Source: Dehalococcoidia bacterium (GTDB lineage: Bacteria; Chloroflexota; Dehalococcoidia; Lucifugimonadales; UBA3495). Taken from it: 64,000 bases of DNA. Position 1 is the first letter of the stretch. Every line of letters starts with the position of its first letter. Below the pieces are notes generated by a model. That model was not told the origin of the DNA and made no database searches. It was given only the letters and a program-made list of their open reading frames with translations. The stretch covers positions 2,392,483 to 2,456,482 of the forward strand of contig OZ242042.1 of assembly GCA_965204905.1 (NCBI GenBank), given 5' to 3'. The position numbers were made by a program, and so were the translations under genes. Positions 18,835 to 27,557 of this stretch are shown here, one piece after another.

Positions 18835-18953
18835 GCGCCGATTGGCCTCCGTTGCAGATTGATTCCAGCGTACGGAATCACAGCAGGAAGGCGCAAGGTC
18901 CCGGTGTCATGTCGTCCGGCCGCGCGCCAGTCAGACCGGCGGAAACGGCGGAT

Positions 18954-19883
18954 TCAGGGCGTTGCGCTGGTAGCCCAAGCCTTGATGAGATGATGGGCGA
19001 TAGCGATGGGACCGGGGACGGTGAGTTCTTCGCTGCGACCGTCCAGCGCCTTGAGAACCTCGGCGCGGGTGAACCACTTGACGTCGGTCATCTCCTCGTT
19101 GTCCATGTTGATGTTTGTGGTGTCCGCTTCGGCGATGCAGCCGATCATCAGGGACGACGGGAAAGGCCAGGGCTGCGAGGAGTGGTAACGCACATTCTTG
19201 ACCTTGATGCCCGCCTCTTCCATCACCTCACGGGCCACGGCTTCCTCGATGCACTCGCCTTGATCCATGAACCCGGCGAGAGCAGAGTAGGCGCGCATCC
19301 TTTGGAGACGTCCGCGGGACTGCCCGAGCAGGCACCGGTCGCCGTCGGTATCGGCGACGACGGTGATGACCACGGGATCGGTGCGCGGGAAGTGCTGGGA
19401 GTTGCAGGCCGGGCAATGGCGCACCTGCCCGCCGCGTCCCTTGTCGGTGGGATGGCCGCAAACCGAGCAGAAGCTATGGCGGAGGTTCCAGTCCAGTTGA
19501 GCGCGGGCCTGGGAGAGCATCCCCGTGTTGGGGCCGGACATGGTCTCGCCGGCGGTGCGGCAGTCCTCAAAATGCCATCCGGTGGCGTCCAGAACCTGTT
19601 CGGCGGCGGCGGCATCCTTGGACAGGTCGTAAGCAAAGTGGGCAACGCCGTCCAAAAGTCCGAGGAAGATCCACTCGGCGGTGGCGGGGAGCGGTTGCGC
19701 CTGCTGGGTGGAGAGCCAGCCAAGTTCGGGTGGTGAATCGTCGGTGAGCAGGACGTTGAGGTTGCGGAAGGGCAGGAATCTGCTGCGGGGTTCCTGGGAC
19801 TGCTGGATGATCCAGTCCTCATCGCGGCGTTCGACTTCGCCGCGGTTGAAGGGGTTGTCGGCGAATATGTGGGGTGGGTACAT
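18954..19883 (-). CDS. nudC: NAD(+) diphosphatase / NADH pyrophosphatase (Nudix, NudC-like)
   Basis: Zinc ribbon CSVCGHPT..HCPACNSQHFPRTDPVVI followed by the Nudix box GFMDQGECIEEAVAREVMEEAGI. The ATG at 19883 has an AGGTGA SD; the listed TTG start at 19940 is also possible. Confidence 0.8.
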   Translation of the reverse strand: MYPPHIFADNPFNRGEVERRDEDWIIQQSQEPRSRFLPFRNLNVLLTDDSPPELGWLSTQQAQPLPATAEWIFLGLLDGVAHFAYDLSKDAAAAEQVLDATGWHFEDCRTAGETMSGPNTGMLSQARAQLDWNLRHSFCSVCGHPTDKGRGGQVRHCPACNSQHFPRTDPVVITVVADTDGDRCLLGQSRGRLQRMRAYSALAGFMDQGECIEEAVAREVMEEAGIKVKNVRYHSSQPWPFPSSLMIGCIAEADTTNINMDNEEMTDVKWFTRAEVLKALDGRSEELTVPGPIAIAHHLIKAWATSATP

Positions 19884-19987
19884 GGGTTGGTTCACCTGGA
19901 TAATCGGGATGGTTTGCTCACCAGATTGTAATGCCGGCAACCGGGGGATACAATTGAACTTCAGAGACGATAGGAGGCAACCGGCCT

Positions 19988-20179
19988 ATGAGTACCGAAA
20001 ACCTCGACGAACGCAAAGAGCCGGTGGCTACGGAGCTGGACGAGTTGGATCATCGCATCGCTGAACTGCACCAGCAGGGCGTCTTGATTGGAGGCGAAGG
20101 GCCGCGCGAATCCCTGCGGGCCATCGCTTACATCCCCGGCGGCTTGAAGCGATTCCTGGAACGGAGAGATAGAAGCTAG
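19988..20179 (+). CDS. putative antitoxin of VapBC-like pair
   Basis: A 63-aa acidic/helical ORF ending 6 nt before the PIN gene. Assigned by position only. Confidence 0.4.
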   Translation: MSTENLDERKEPVATELDELDHRIAELHQQGVLIGGEGPRESLRAIAYIPGGLKRFLERRDRS

Positions 20180-20185
20180 CCGTCC

Positions 20186-20587
20186 ATGACCACGCCACTG
20201 CTCGCCGCAGCCTACGTCGATACTACTGCGCTCCTCCCGGTCACCTACGGCGAGGAGCCGGTTGCAGAATCCATACAGCGGAAGCTGGAAAGTTTCCGCT
20301 ATTTGCTGTCTGCAAACCTTTTGGAAGCGGAGATGCGCGTCGCCTTCGCGTCCGAAGGGCGAGCATTCGATGACGACGTGTTGGCCAGCATACGCTGGAT
20401 CATGCCTAATCGCCGCCTAGATGCAGAAATGGCGGCTGTCTTGCAAACGGCGCAACTACAGCCCGTCCGCTTGTGGCACCTTGCGGTCGCTCTCTTCTTC
20501 AAAGAACTCGTGCCCGGCCTGGTTTTCGTAACGCTGGACGAACAACAGGAAACCGCCGCTAGGGAGTTGGGGTTGGCCATCGCTTAA
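20186..20587 (+). CDS. PIN-domain toxin (VapC-like)
   Basis: N-terminal AYVDTTALL (first acidic PIN residue), a mid-protein LLEAEM Glu, and a C-terminal VFVTLDEQQ Asp. The 133-aa size is typical. Confidence 0.6.
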   Translation: MTTPLLAAAYVDTTALLPVTYGEEPVAESIQRKLESFRYLLSANLLEAEMRVAFASEGRAFDDDVLASIRWIMPNRRLDAEMAAVLQTAQLQPVRLWHLAVALFFKELVPGLVFVTLDEQQETAARELGLAIA

Positions 20588-20622
20588 GGAGTGTTTGGCG
20601 CTATGGTGTGAACCTCGGGTAG

Positions 20623-21363
20623 TTAGACCAATCTTGCAACTTTATTTGCGAGCTTGGTTCGCAATTCGTTGGTAACACCAAAAGAGGATTGCAGATTAGT
20701 ACTCCACGCGATAACGCGCACTCGATCAAGTAGCGTCCCCACGAACACACGGGTATCGCGATTTCCATAACCAGCAATCGGGGTAACTTCCCTGAGCGTT
20801 GCTCCTAATTTGCGCTGCAACTGGTCCTTGACGCCCCTACCATTGACCAATAACAGGTTTATGTTTTCGGCAGTCAATTGATGCCTGAGAAACTTGGCAT
20901 CAGCGTCAATCAACTGATTTTGTAGTTCCCGGGACTTTATCTTGCCCCACGTGGGATTCGTCGCCCATTGCACGAGGTCCAGGTGGCAAGCCGAACCGTC
21001 GTAATACGATACCCCACAGGCTTTCAGAATCTTTTCCAATTGGTCAAACCATATACGATATGGGTTGCGCTGAAAGTAAGAATGGCAATCGTGTACCACC
21101 TGGGCAACGGCGGGTGATGGTACGTTGACCAAATCGTCAGTACCTAAAGAACGATGGGTAGCCAATCGGCGGTCATCGCCGATAAGCTCATGTCCGTTTC
21201 GGTCAAGGAATTCTAACCGGCTGGGGTTGAGTCCTAGCGTCGCAACTGTAGCCGTCCGCGCATTGCCGAAAACAACTACTGGCGTTGAGCCGGGGACAAC
21301 GCACGAATCTGCGGGGATCGGTCGGCGGATGCGCTGCTCAATGTAATCGGGAATTGCGGTCAA
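20623..21363 (-). CDS. hypothetical protein (unrecognised family)
   Basis: 246-aa ORF. Its TTG start overlaps the retropepsin stop (TTGA). GC falls towards the 3' end: 24/60 in the line at 20641 versus 36/60 at 21241. LGLNPS and STNLQSS patterns are vaguely UDG-fold-like, but this is not diagnostic. Confidence 0.5.
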   Translation of the reverse strand: MTAIPDYIEQRIRRPIPADSCVVPGSTPVVVFGNARTATVATLGLNPSRLEFLDRNGHELIGDDRRLATHRSLGTDDLVNVPSPAVAQVVHDCHSYFQRNPYRIWFDQLEKILKACGVSYYDGSACHLDLVQWATNPTWGKIKSRELQNQLIDADAKFLRHQLTAENINLLLVNGRGVKDQLQRKLGATLREVTPIAGYGNRDTRVFVGTLLDRVRVIAWSTNLQSSFGVTNELRTKLANKVARLV

Positions 21364-21743
21364 TGTTGGTGCTCCTGCTTCCCATACCGCAGGGCGTGCG
21401 TCGGCGCCGGTCGCTGCCGCACCGGGTCAACCACCAGCAGCGCGCCTTCCAGGGTGTACGCGCCGAGGAGCGCCGGGGCGCCTTCGTTGGCGAAGATTGC
21501 GAGCGTAGGCGTTTCGATGCCCTCGACCCGGACATGCACTATTCCCATATCATCCTCGGTCACGCTGCCGTCTGCGAGTTCCGACCGGATGCGACGATAT
21601 GGAACTACGCCGAGCTCATGCAGTAGGCTCGCCGGCAGGCACGTAAACGTGGAGCCCGTATCCACCGTCGCGTCAACCGTCTCCGAGTGGCTGCCATCCA
21701 CCGAAATGACTTCTATCGGGTAAGTAAAGGTTCCCATGATCAA
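21360..21743 (-). CDS. retropepsin-like (clan AA) aspartic protease
   Basis: ATVDTGSTFTCLP contains the D-T-G-S catalytic motif in the usual context. The 127-aa single-domain size is typical of bacterial retropepsin-like proteins. Confidence 0.7.
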   Translation of the reverse strand: MIMGTFTYPIEVISVDGSHSETVDATVDTGSTFTCLPASLLHELGVVPYRRIRSELADGSVTEDDMGIVHVRVEGIETPTLAIFANEGAPALLGAYTLEGALLVVDPVRQRPAPTHALRYGKQEHQH

Positions 21744-21767
21744 ACCTGCCTGTGCTGTTGTTTCTCA

Positions 21768-22571
21768 TTATAGCGATGCCGACGGATACTCCGGCCGCCG
21801 CCGTTCCCGCAGGGCGGCGAGGCCCTCTTTCACGTCGTCGCCGAAGAAGCCGAGAGCCTCGGCCAGCAGGGAGTAATCGAATGACGTGTGGCCGGCCTGG
21901 CGCAACCACTGGTTGAGGGCGCGCTTGGTGAAGCGGATGGCCGGCTGTGGGCCGTCGGCCAGGCGCCGCGCGATGCGCATGGCGGTTTCCATCAACTCGT
22001 CGCGGGGGACGGCCATGCTGACCAGGCCGATGCGTTCGGCCTCTTTGCCATCGAGGAAGTCGCAGGTGAGGAGGTAGTACTTGGCCTTGGCCATGCCGCA
22101 GAGCAGGGGCCAGATGATGGCGGCGTGGTCGCCGGCGGCCACGCCCAGGCGGATGTGTCCGTCGGTGATGCGGGCGTCCTCGGCGGCGATGGATATGTCG
22201 GCCATGAGGGCCACTGCCAGGCCGGCGCCAACGGCAACACCGTTGATGGCGGAGATGACCGGCTTGTCCAGGTTCAGGATGTTATAGACGATGTCGCCGG
22301 CCTCTTTGGTGTTCTGCGCGACGATGGCGGGGTTGTCGATGGCCTGCTCGATCATCTCGAAATCGCCGCCGGCGGAGAAAGCCTCGCCCGCGCCGGTGAC
22401 GACGGCGACGCGGACCTCGGGATCGGCGGCAATGTCCAGCCAGATGCGGCTGAGTTCGTTATGGAGCTTGAAGTTGGTGGAGTTGAGGGATTCCGGACGG
22501 TTCATCGTAAGGATGATGATGCCGTCGGACTTTTCGATGAGCAGGTGCTCGTATGCGGAGTAGTCGGTCAT
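21768..22571 (-). CDS. enoyl-CoA hydratase/isomerase (crotonase) family protein
   Basis: [28 protein letters not shown] and [14 protein letters not shown] oxyanion-hole motifs. The start is trimmed to the ATG at 22571. Confidence 0.85.
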   Translation of the reverse strand: MTDYSAYEHLLIEKSDGIIILTMNRPESLNSTNFKLHNELSRIWLDIAADPEVRVAVVTGAGEAFSAGGDFEMIEQAIDNPAIVAQNTKEAGDIVYNILNLDKPVISAINGVAVGAGLAVALMADISIAAEDARITDGHIRLGVAAGDHAAIIWPLLCGMAKAKYYLLTCDFLDGKEAERIGLVSMAVPRDELMETAMRIARRLADGPQPAIRFTKRALNQWLRQAGHTSFDYSLLAEALGFFGDDVKEGLAALRERRRPEYPSASL

Positions 22572-22590
22572 TACGTGCTCACATTGCTGT

Positions 22591-22638
22591 GCGGGTGTCA
22601 GTTGTCGGCGGGTGTCAGTTGTCGGCGGGTGTCGGTTC
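22591..22638. repeat. 17-nt tandem repeat, ~2.7 copies
   Basis: GCGGGTGTCAGTTGTCG occurs twice perfectly (22591-22607 and 22608-22624), followed by a degenerate partial copy. The repeat spans the stop of the 126-aa ORF and the 5' leader of the crotonase gene. Confidence 0.8.
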
Positions 22639-22995
22639 AAAATCGGGTGGCAGGTCAAAGGTGGGCCGTCCGTCGGGACGGTGGCTGTGGGCCAGGATGG
22701 CCCGCATCAGCTGGTTGTGGTTGCGCTCCATGCGTTCTTCAAGGGCGTTGAACCTGCGTTCCATGCGCTCTTCAAGAGCGTTGACTTCCTCGCGCACGGA
22801 GTTGACTTCCTCGCGCACGGAACTGATTTGCTCGCGAGAAGTGGCCTTCAATTCGCCGAATTCTTGCTGAAGGCTGCCCATACGGAGCCAAAGCGCACTT
22901 AGGATTCCCAGTATGGCGGCCAGCAAAATCGCATAGAGGCCCAGCACAACCGATACCAGAGCAACTATCGCGTTGAGGCTAATCGTTTCCATCAA
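22615..22995 (-). CDS. small membrane-anchored coiled-coil protein with internal peptide repeats
   Basis: N-terminal TM (IVALVSVVLGLYAILLAAILGIL), then the repeats SVREEVN-SVREEVN and ALEERMER-x3-ALEERMER. Confidence 0.45.
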   Translation of the reverse strand: MMETISLNAIVALVSVVLGLYAILLAAILGILSALWLRMGSLQQEFGELKATSREQISSVREEVNSVREEVNALEERMERRFNALEERMERNHNQLMRAILAHSHRPDGRPTFDLPPDFEPTPADN

Positions 22996-23037
22996 TGACT
23001 TCTCCCGGGGTGTTCGTTGCGGTCCTTTGCGGCGATG

Positions 23038-24240
23038 TTACCAGATGACTTGCGCATCTTGCAGGGCGGTCAATTCCGCTTCGTCCATGCCCAGCAGGCC
23101 GCAGAAGACCTCCCGGTTGTCCTGGCCGAGCTCGGGAGTCCAGCGGAGGGGGTCGGTGGGAGTCTCCGTGAAACGCCAGGGCGGCGCGACGGCTCGCTGC
23201 TCACCCCGTGCGGGATCCGTAGTTGTCGGAAAGACGTTTCGCGCCGCCAGGTGGGGATCCTCCATCAGCTGGTCGGCTGATAGCGACGGGAACGCGGCGA
23301 TGCCGGCGTCCTGCAACAGGTCGGTGAGTTCAAAGGCTTCGCGGGTGGCGGTCCACTCGGACAGGCACGCTTCGAGAGTGTCCTGGTTCTGCCAGCGTTG
23401 GAACGCGTCGCCGTAGTCGTCGGAATCGGCCCACTGCGGATTGCCCATGGCATCTTTCAAGGCTTGCCACTCGGCATCGTCGGCGACGGCGATGGTGATC
23501 CACTGGTCCTCTCCAATGCAGGGAAACACGCCGTGGGGAGCCATGGCGTCATCGCGGTTGCCCATGCGTTGGGCGTCCCGTTGATTCATGGCGGTATCCA
23601 TGAGCGCGTGGCCCATGAAGGCAGTGGCAATGTCGCGGACGGCCACGTCGGCGCGCTGTCCCACCTGGTGGTTACGGTGCGCGCAAAGGGCGGCCACGGC
23701 GGAGAATGCCGCCATCATGCCGCCGGTATGGTCCATGGCGTGGCGGAGTTCGACGGGCGGGCCGTCGGGGTAGCCGGTGAGGTATCCCAGGCCGCCCAGC
23801 GCGGCGAACATGGGGGCATAGCCGGCATACCGCGCTTCGGGGCCAGTCTGGCCGTTGGAGGACAGGGACACCATGATGATGTCGGGTTTAATTTCGCGGA
23901 GTTGGGGGTAGCCCAAGCCCAGCCGATCCATCACGCCGGGGCGGAAGTTCTCCAGCACCACGTCGGAGATACGCACCAAGTCGTAGGCCAGCTCTAGCGC
24001 CCGCGGCTCCTTGAGGTTGAGGGTTACGGAGCGCTTGCTGGCGTTGACCTGCTCAAAGGACGACGGGGGCTTGCCGTACATGGCGTGGGGTCGGCGCGTT
24101 ATGTCGAGTCTGGCGGCGGACTCGACCTTGATGACGTCGGCGCCGAGGGACGCCAGGATCATGCCGGCAAAGGGGCCAGCGGCGTGCACGGAAAAATCGG
24201 CGACGCGGACGCCGGAGAGGGGAGCGGGTGAGTTGGTCAT
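23038..24240 (-). CDS. family III CoA-transferase (CaiB/BaiF family), paralog 1
   Basis: LSGVRVADFSVHAAGPFAGMILASLGADVIKVE N-terminus and family-wide similarity to the other three copies. The start is trimmed to the ATG at 24240. Confidence 0.85.
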   Translation of the reverse strand: MTNSPAPLSGVRVADFSVHAAGPFAGMILASLGADVIKVESAARLDITRRPHAMYGKPPSSFEQVNASKRSVTLNLKEPRALELAYDLVRISDVVLENFRPGVMDRLGLGYPQLREIKPDIIMVSLSSNGQTGPEARYAGYAPMFAALGGLGYLTGYPDGPPVELRHAMDHTGGMMAAFSAVAALCAHRNHQVGQRADVAVRDIATAFMGHALMDTAMNQRDAQRMGNRDDAMAPHGVFPCIGEDQWITIAVADDAEWQALKDAMGNPQWADSDDYGDAFQRWQNQDTLEACLSEWTATREAFELTDLLQDAGIAAFPSLSADQLMEDPHLAARNVFPTTTDPARGEQRAVAPPWRFTETPTDPLRWTPELGQDNREVFCGLLGMDEAELTALQDAQVIW

Positions 24241-24256
24241 AATTGCCACCGGGATG

Positions 24257-24658
24257 CTATTCGCTTGTCGAACCGTTTTGGAACTTTGCTTGGTACTCCT
24301 GCAACAGCGATGGCAACGAGTCGGGGTTGGTGCGGGCGGCGGCGTTGAGGACCATGAGCATCTCGCTGGCTTCTTTACGGCCCTCTTTGCGGCCCTCTTT
24401 GCGGCCTTCTTCTTTTGCCGCTTCAATGCGGCGACGGCGTTCTGCTAATGCAATGAACATTTTGACTCCCAGTTCAGCCAAAATCACCAGGGAGAGCGAG
24501 ATAAGCAAGCCCCACTCCCACAATCCAATCACGGCCTCCGGTGTTATATCCCAACTCCAAGCATGGCCCCGGGCCCACAGCGTCAACAGATTGACCGGCC
24601 AGATGCCCAAGATGATGAACGGAATGTTCTTTACTGCGTCTCGCGGAGGTATTTCCAT
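24257..24658 (-). CDS. small membrane protein with KEGR tandem repeat
   Basis: Two hydrophobic segments followed by EEGRKEGRKEGRKE, encoded by a 12-nt DNA repeat around 24368-24410. It sits directly upstream of CoA-transferase 1. Confidence 0.4.
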   Translation of the reverse strand: MEIPPRDAVKNIPFIILGIWPVNLLTLWARGHAWSWDITPEAVIGLWEWGLLISLSLVILAELGVKMFIALAERRRRIEAAKEEGRKEGRKEGRKEASEMLMVLNAAARTNPDSLPSLLQEYQAKFQNGSTSE

Positions 24659-24718
24659 AATACCTTATCTGGATAGCGACGGCAGGCGGCCAACGCTGCC
24701 GTCGCCAGGTTGTCTTGC

Positions 24719-25552
24719 CTAGTAGTACACGGCGCTGCCGGTGCCTCCGCCGGCTGCGATGAGTTCGCCGGTGATGGCCCAGGCCTTGTCGGAGGCGAGG
24801 AATGCGGTGAGGTAGCCGATCTCGGAGGCGTCCACCATGCGGCAGATGTGGTTGCCGCGGGCTGAACCGGGGGCAAAGTCCTGTGCCTCGGCTTCCTCGG
24901 GGGACACGCCGAGTTGCTCGGCGCGGGACGCCAGCAGGCTGGGAGTGCGCTCGGTGCGGGTGGTGCCGGGATGGATGCAGTTGACCGTGATGCCGAATTG
25001 CCCCAATTGCGCGGCCAGGGTCTTGGTCATGTGCACCAGCGAGGTGTTGCGCGCGCCGCCGCTGAGGTTGCCGGCGTTGCGGGCGTTGAGTCCGCTGATG
25101 TTGATGATGCGCCCGTAGCCCTGGGCCTTGAGCAGCGGAATGGCAGCGCGGGAGCAGCGCAACGCGCCCACGAACTTGACGTCGAAGTCGCTGATCAGGT
25201 CCTCGTCGATCAGGTCCTCGATTGGTCCAGTAGCCGACGGCGAGCCACCCGGAAGCGACGCGCTGTTGACCAGGATGTGCAGACCGCCCAGGGTGTCGGC
25301 GGCGGAGTTGATGACCCGGTCCACGGACGCGCGGTCGGTGGCGTCGAAGGGCATGGGGATGGCGCGGCGGCCGGTGGTCTCGACGATTTCGGCGGCGGTC
25401 GCCTCCAGGTCGGGCATGGAACGGGAACCGACCACCACGTCCGCGCCCTCGCGGGCCAGTTCAATGGCAATAGCCTTGCCGATGCCGCGGCTCGCGCCGC
25501 CGACGAATGCGAGCTTGCCTTCGAGTCCGAAGTCCATAGGGGTTGCCTCCAT
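24719..25552 (-). CDS. SDR family oxidoreductase
   Basis: Cofactor-binding motif GGASRGIGKAIAIELAREGADVVV. Size and pattern are typical of a classical SDR. Confidence 0.85.
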   Translation of the reverse strand: MEATPMDFGLEGKLAFVGGASRGIGKAIAIELAREGADVVVGSRSMPDLEATAAEIVETTGRRAIPMPFDATDRASVDRVINSAADTLGGLHILVNSASLPGGSPSATGPIEDLIDEDLISDFDVKFVGALRCSRAAIPLLKAQGYGRIINISGLNARNAGNLSGGARNTSLVHMTKTLAAQLGQFGITVNCIHPGTTRTERTPSLLASRAEQLGVSPEEAEAQDFAPGSARGNHICRMVDASEIGYLTAFLASDKAWAITGELIAAGGGTGSAVYY

Positions 25553-25787
25553 TTAGGGCGAACGGGTCCGCCTGCGGCGGATGGGTTCGCGGGGATGGGG
25601 GGATTATACATTGCGAGAATCCGTTGCAGGACGTCCCGCAAAGATGTGGAACGCTCGCACTTTGTTTCATGTGACACTCGCGCCTCGTTCAAGGATACCG
25701 GCCGCATTCACCTCATAGGCCCACTACAGGCCTCAGTCGCAGGCAGCGAATAGTGGAGTAACAGCCCCTGAACCGACTATCATCGTT

Positions 25788-25793
25788 TATAAT
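25788..25793 (+). promoter_or_regulatory. -10 promoter element (TATAAT) for candidate retron ncRNA
   Basis: A perfect TATAAT lies 8 nt upstream of the first inverted-repeat arm. No good -35 was seen (CTGAAC with a short spacer). Confidence 0.4.
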
Positions 25794-25799
25794 GCAAGA

Positions 25800-25965
25800 C
25801 TGAGTTGTCCACGACGGGTTAATCATTGCCGTTGATCCAGCGGTGACCCTCTACTAAGGTTCGCTTTAGCTCGCTGCATCAGTTTCAATCTGTTGTAGTT
25901 AGTCTGCCTCGTCTTGCCTGTTCACTGTGCCGGCGAGGAATGTGAAAATCAATCGTGGGCAACTT
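25800..25965 (+). ncRNA. candidate retron msr-msd non-coding RNA
   Basis: GAGUUGUCCACGA (25802-25814) pairs with UCGUGGGCAACUU (25953-25965): 13 pairs including 2 G-U, which is an a1/a2-like geometry. A G-run follows a1 immediately. Internal hairpins lie at 25816-25849 and 25907-25938. The element ends 27 nt before the RT start codon. Confidence 0.4.
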
Positions 25966-25991
25966 TCGCTTTTTGATTTGGAGGGAAGCCC

Positions 25992-27557
25992 GTGAACCTG
26001 ACTCTAGCGCGAAGCTCAACCGATTCTCGAGACCTGTTTCTCGCACTACGTGACCCAAAAGACATTGCCGATTTGCTTGAGGTTTCATATCGAAATCTCA
26101 ATTACTGGATCTACGCTACAAGCGAGGACAAGAGATATTCCACTTTCTACATACCCAAAAAAAGCGGCGGACACCGAAAAATTGACGCGCCGAACGACAG
26201 CATCAAAATCCTACAACAAAAATTGAACACCATTCTTCAGTCCGTTTACCGTGTCAGACCCAGCACACATGGATTTGCCGTCGGCAGAAGCGTAAAAACA
26301 AACGCACAGCAACACGTTCAAAAAGGGTGGGTATTCAACCTAGACCTCGACAATTTCTTTCACACAATCCATTTCGGTCGAGTCCGTGGTATGCTCATGG
26401 CCAATCCGTACAATCTTCCGGAGCGAGTCGCAACTGTACTGGCTCACCTGTGCTGCTATCAAGGGCACCTTGCCCAAGGCGCCCCGACATCGCCTACTAT
26501 CAGCAACATGATCTGCGCCAAAATGGATAGCCAACTCCAACGACTGGCCCGCGATTGTGGCTCTTGGTACACCCGCTATGCGGATGACATCACATTTTCC
26601 ACCAGGCGCAGACGATTCCCTCCAGATTTGGCGTCCCCCAATGAACTAGGTCAGGTGCAAGTCGGACGTCGTTTGAGTGAGACAATCGAACAGAACGGTT
26701 TCATCATCAATAGAGACAAAGTTAGATTGCTGGGGCAACACCAACGTCAAGAAGTAACCGGTGTTACGGTAAATGACATCACGAATGTTCCCAAGCGCTT
26801 AACCAACCAAATACGGGCTATGTTGTACGCTTGGGAGAAATTTGGCTTGCAAGCCGCCCAGCGAGAGTGGCAAGGGAAGTATGACCGAAAGAGCAGAGGT
26901 CCGGGGCATTCTGGCCCTCACTTCGAACAAGTATTGAAAGGAAAAATCGAATATTTGGGAATGATCAAGGGTCAAGATTCCCTGACATACCTGAGGTTCA
27001 TAGATCAACTCGGTGATTTGGATCCTAGACTTGCCGGCGGTAAAGGCACGCCGTTGCGTTTGCTGCTCCAAACCTACGCGGCACTATCCGACGAAGAGGT
27101 TGACCGTCAAAACCGTGGCTATGAGCTCGAGAAAATCGTCTCTGGGCTATTTTCGGTTTCAGGGTTAGAGGTTGTGCAGAGTTTCAAGAGGAACAGCGGG
27201 GCGGAACAAATTGACGGGGCTTTCCGTCTAGAGGGTTGGCACTACTTGGTTGAGTGCAAATGGACTGCTGCCATGACAGACGTGAAAGAACTAGACAGTT
27301 TGGCTGGCAAATTAGGGCGTTCCGGATCTCAGACGGCAGGGCTGTTCATATCAGTGAATGGGTGGTCTAAGCACGTCGTGCCGTCGTTAAAGCAGAACGC
27401 CAATAAAAACATCATGCTGATGGACGGCAAAGATATCCGAGCGGCACTTGAAAGCGACGTTCATTTGGTCGATTTGATACGCAATAAAATTAGTGCCTTG
27501 AATCTCAAAGCAGAACCGTTCCTTGGGGCTGATGAAGTCGTCGAACAACTCGAATGA
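25992..27557 (+). CDS. retron-type reverse transcriptase fused to C-terminal Mrr-like PD-(D/E)xK nuclease domain
   Basis: RT motifs: IPKKSGGHRKIDAP, NLDLDNFFHTI, LAQGAPTSPTISN, YADD (26577-26588), GFIINRDK. Retron hallmarks: NAQQH (NAxxH) and RQEVTGVTVN (VTG). C-terminal aa ~375-490 read YELEKIVSGLF..AEQIDGAF..YLVECKW..AGLFISVNGWS, a D...E-x-K core in Mrr-cat order. GTG start with a GGAGGG SD 6 nt upstream. Confidence 0.85.
   Translation: MNLTLARSSTDSRDLFLALRDPKDIADLLEVSYRNLNYWIYATSEDKRYSTFYIPKKSGGHRKIDAPNDSIKILQQKLNTILQSVYRVRPSTHGFAVGRSVKTNAQQHVQKGWVFNLDLDNFFHTIHFGRVRGMLMANPYNLPERVATVLAHLCCYQGHLAQGAPTSPTISNMICAKMDSQLQRLARDCGSWYTRYADDITFSTRRRRFPPDLASPNELGQVQVGRRLSETIEQNGFIINRDKVRLLGQHQRQEVTGVTVNDITNVPKRLTNQIRAMLYAWEKFGLQAAQREWQGKYDRKSRGPGHSGPHFEQVLKGKIEYLGMIKGQDSLTYLRFIDQLGDLDPRLAGGKGTPLRLLLQTYAALSDEEVDRQNRGYELEKIVSGLFSVSGLEVVQSFKRNSGAEQIDGAFRLEGWHYLVECKWTAAMTDVKELDSLAGKLGRSGSQTAGLFISVNGWSKHVVPSLKQNANKNIMLMDGKDIRAALESDVHLVDLIRNKISALNLKAEPFLGADEVVEQLE

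Noticed and set aside
22591-22638. CRISPR-like direct repeats
   Set aside because: It is a head-to-tail 17-nt tandem repeat with no spacers and fewer than 3 copies. No cas genes are nearby.
25885-26088. 67-aa minus-strand ORF across the RT start and candidate ncRNA
   Set aside because: It is antisense to the RT 5' end and to the predicted structured RNA, and it has no SD or motif. It is likely spurious.
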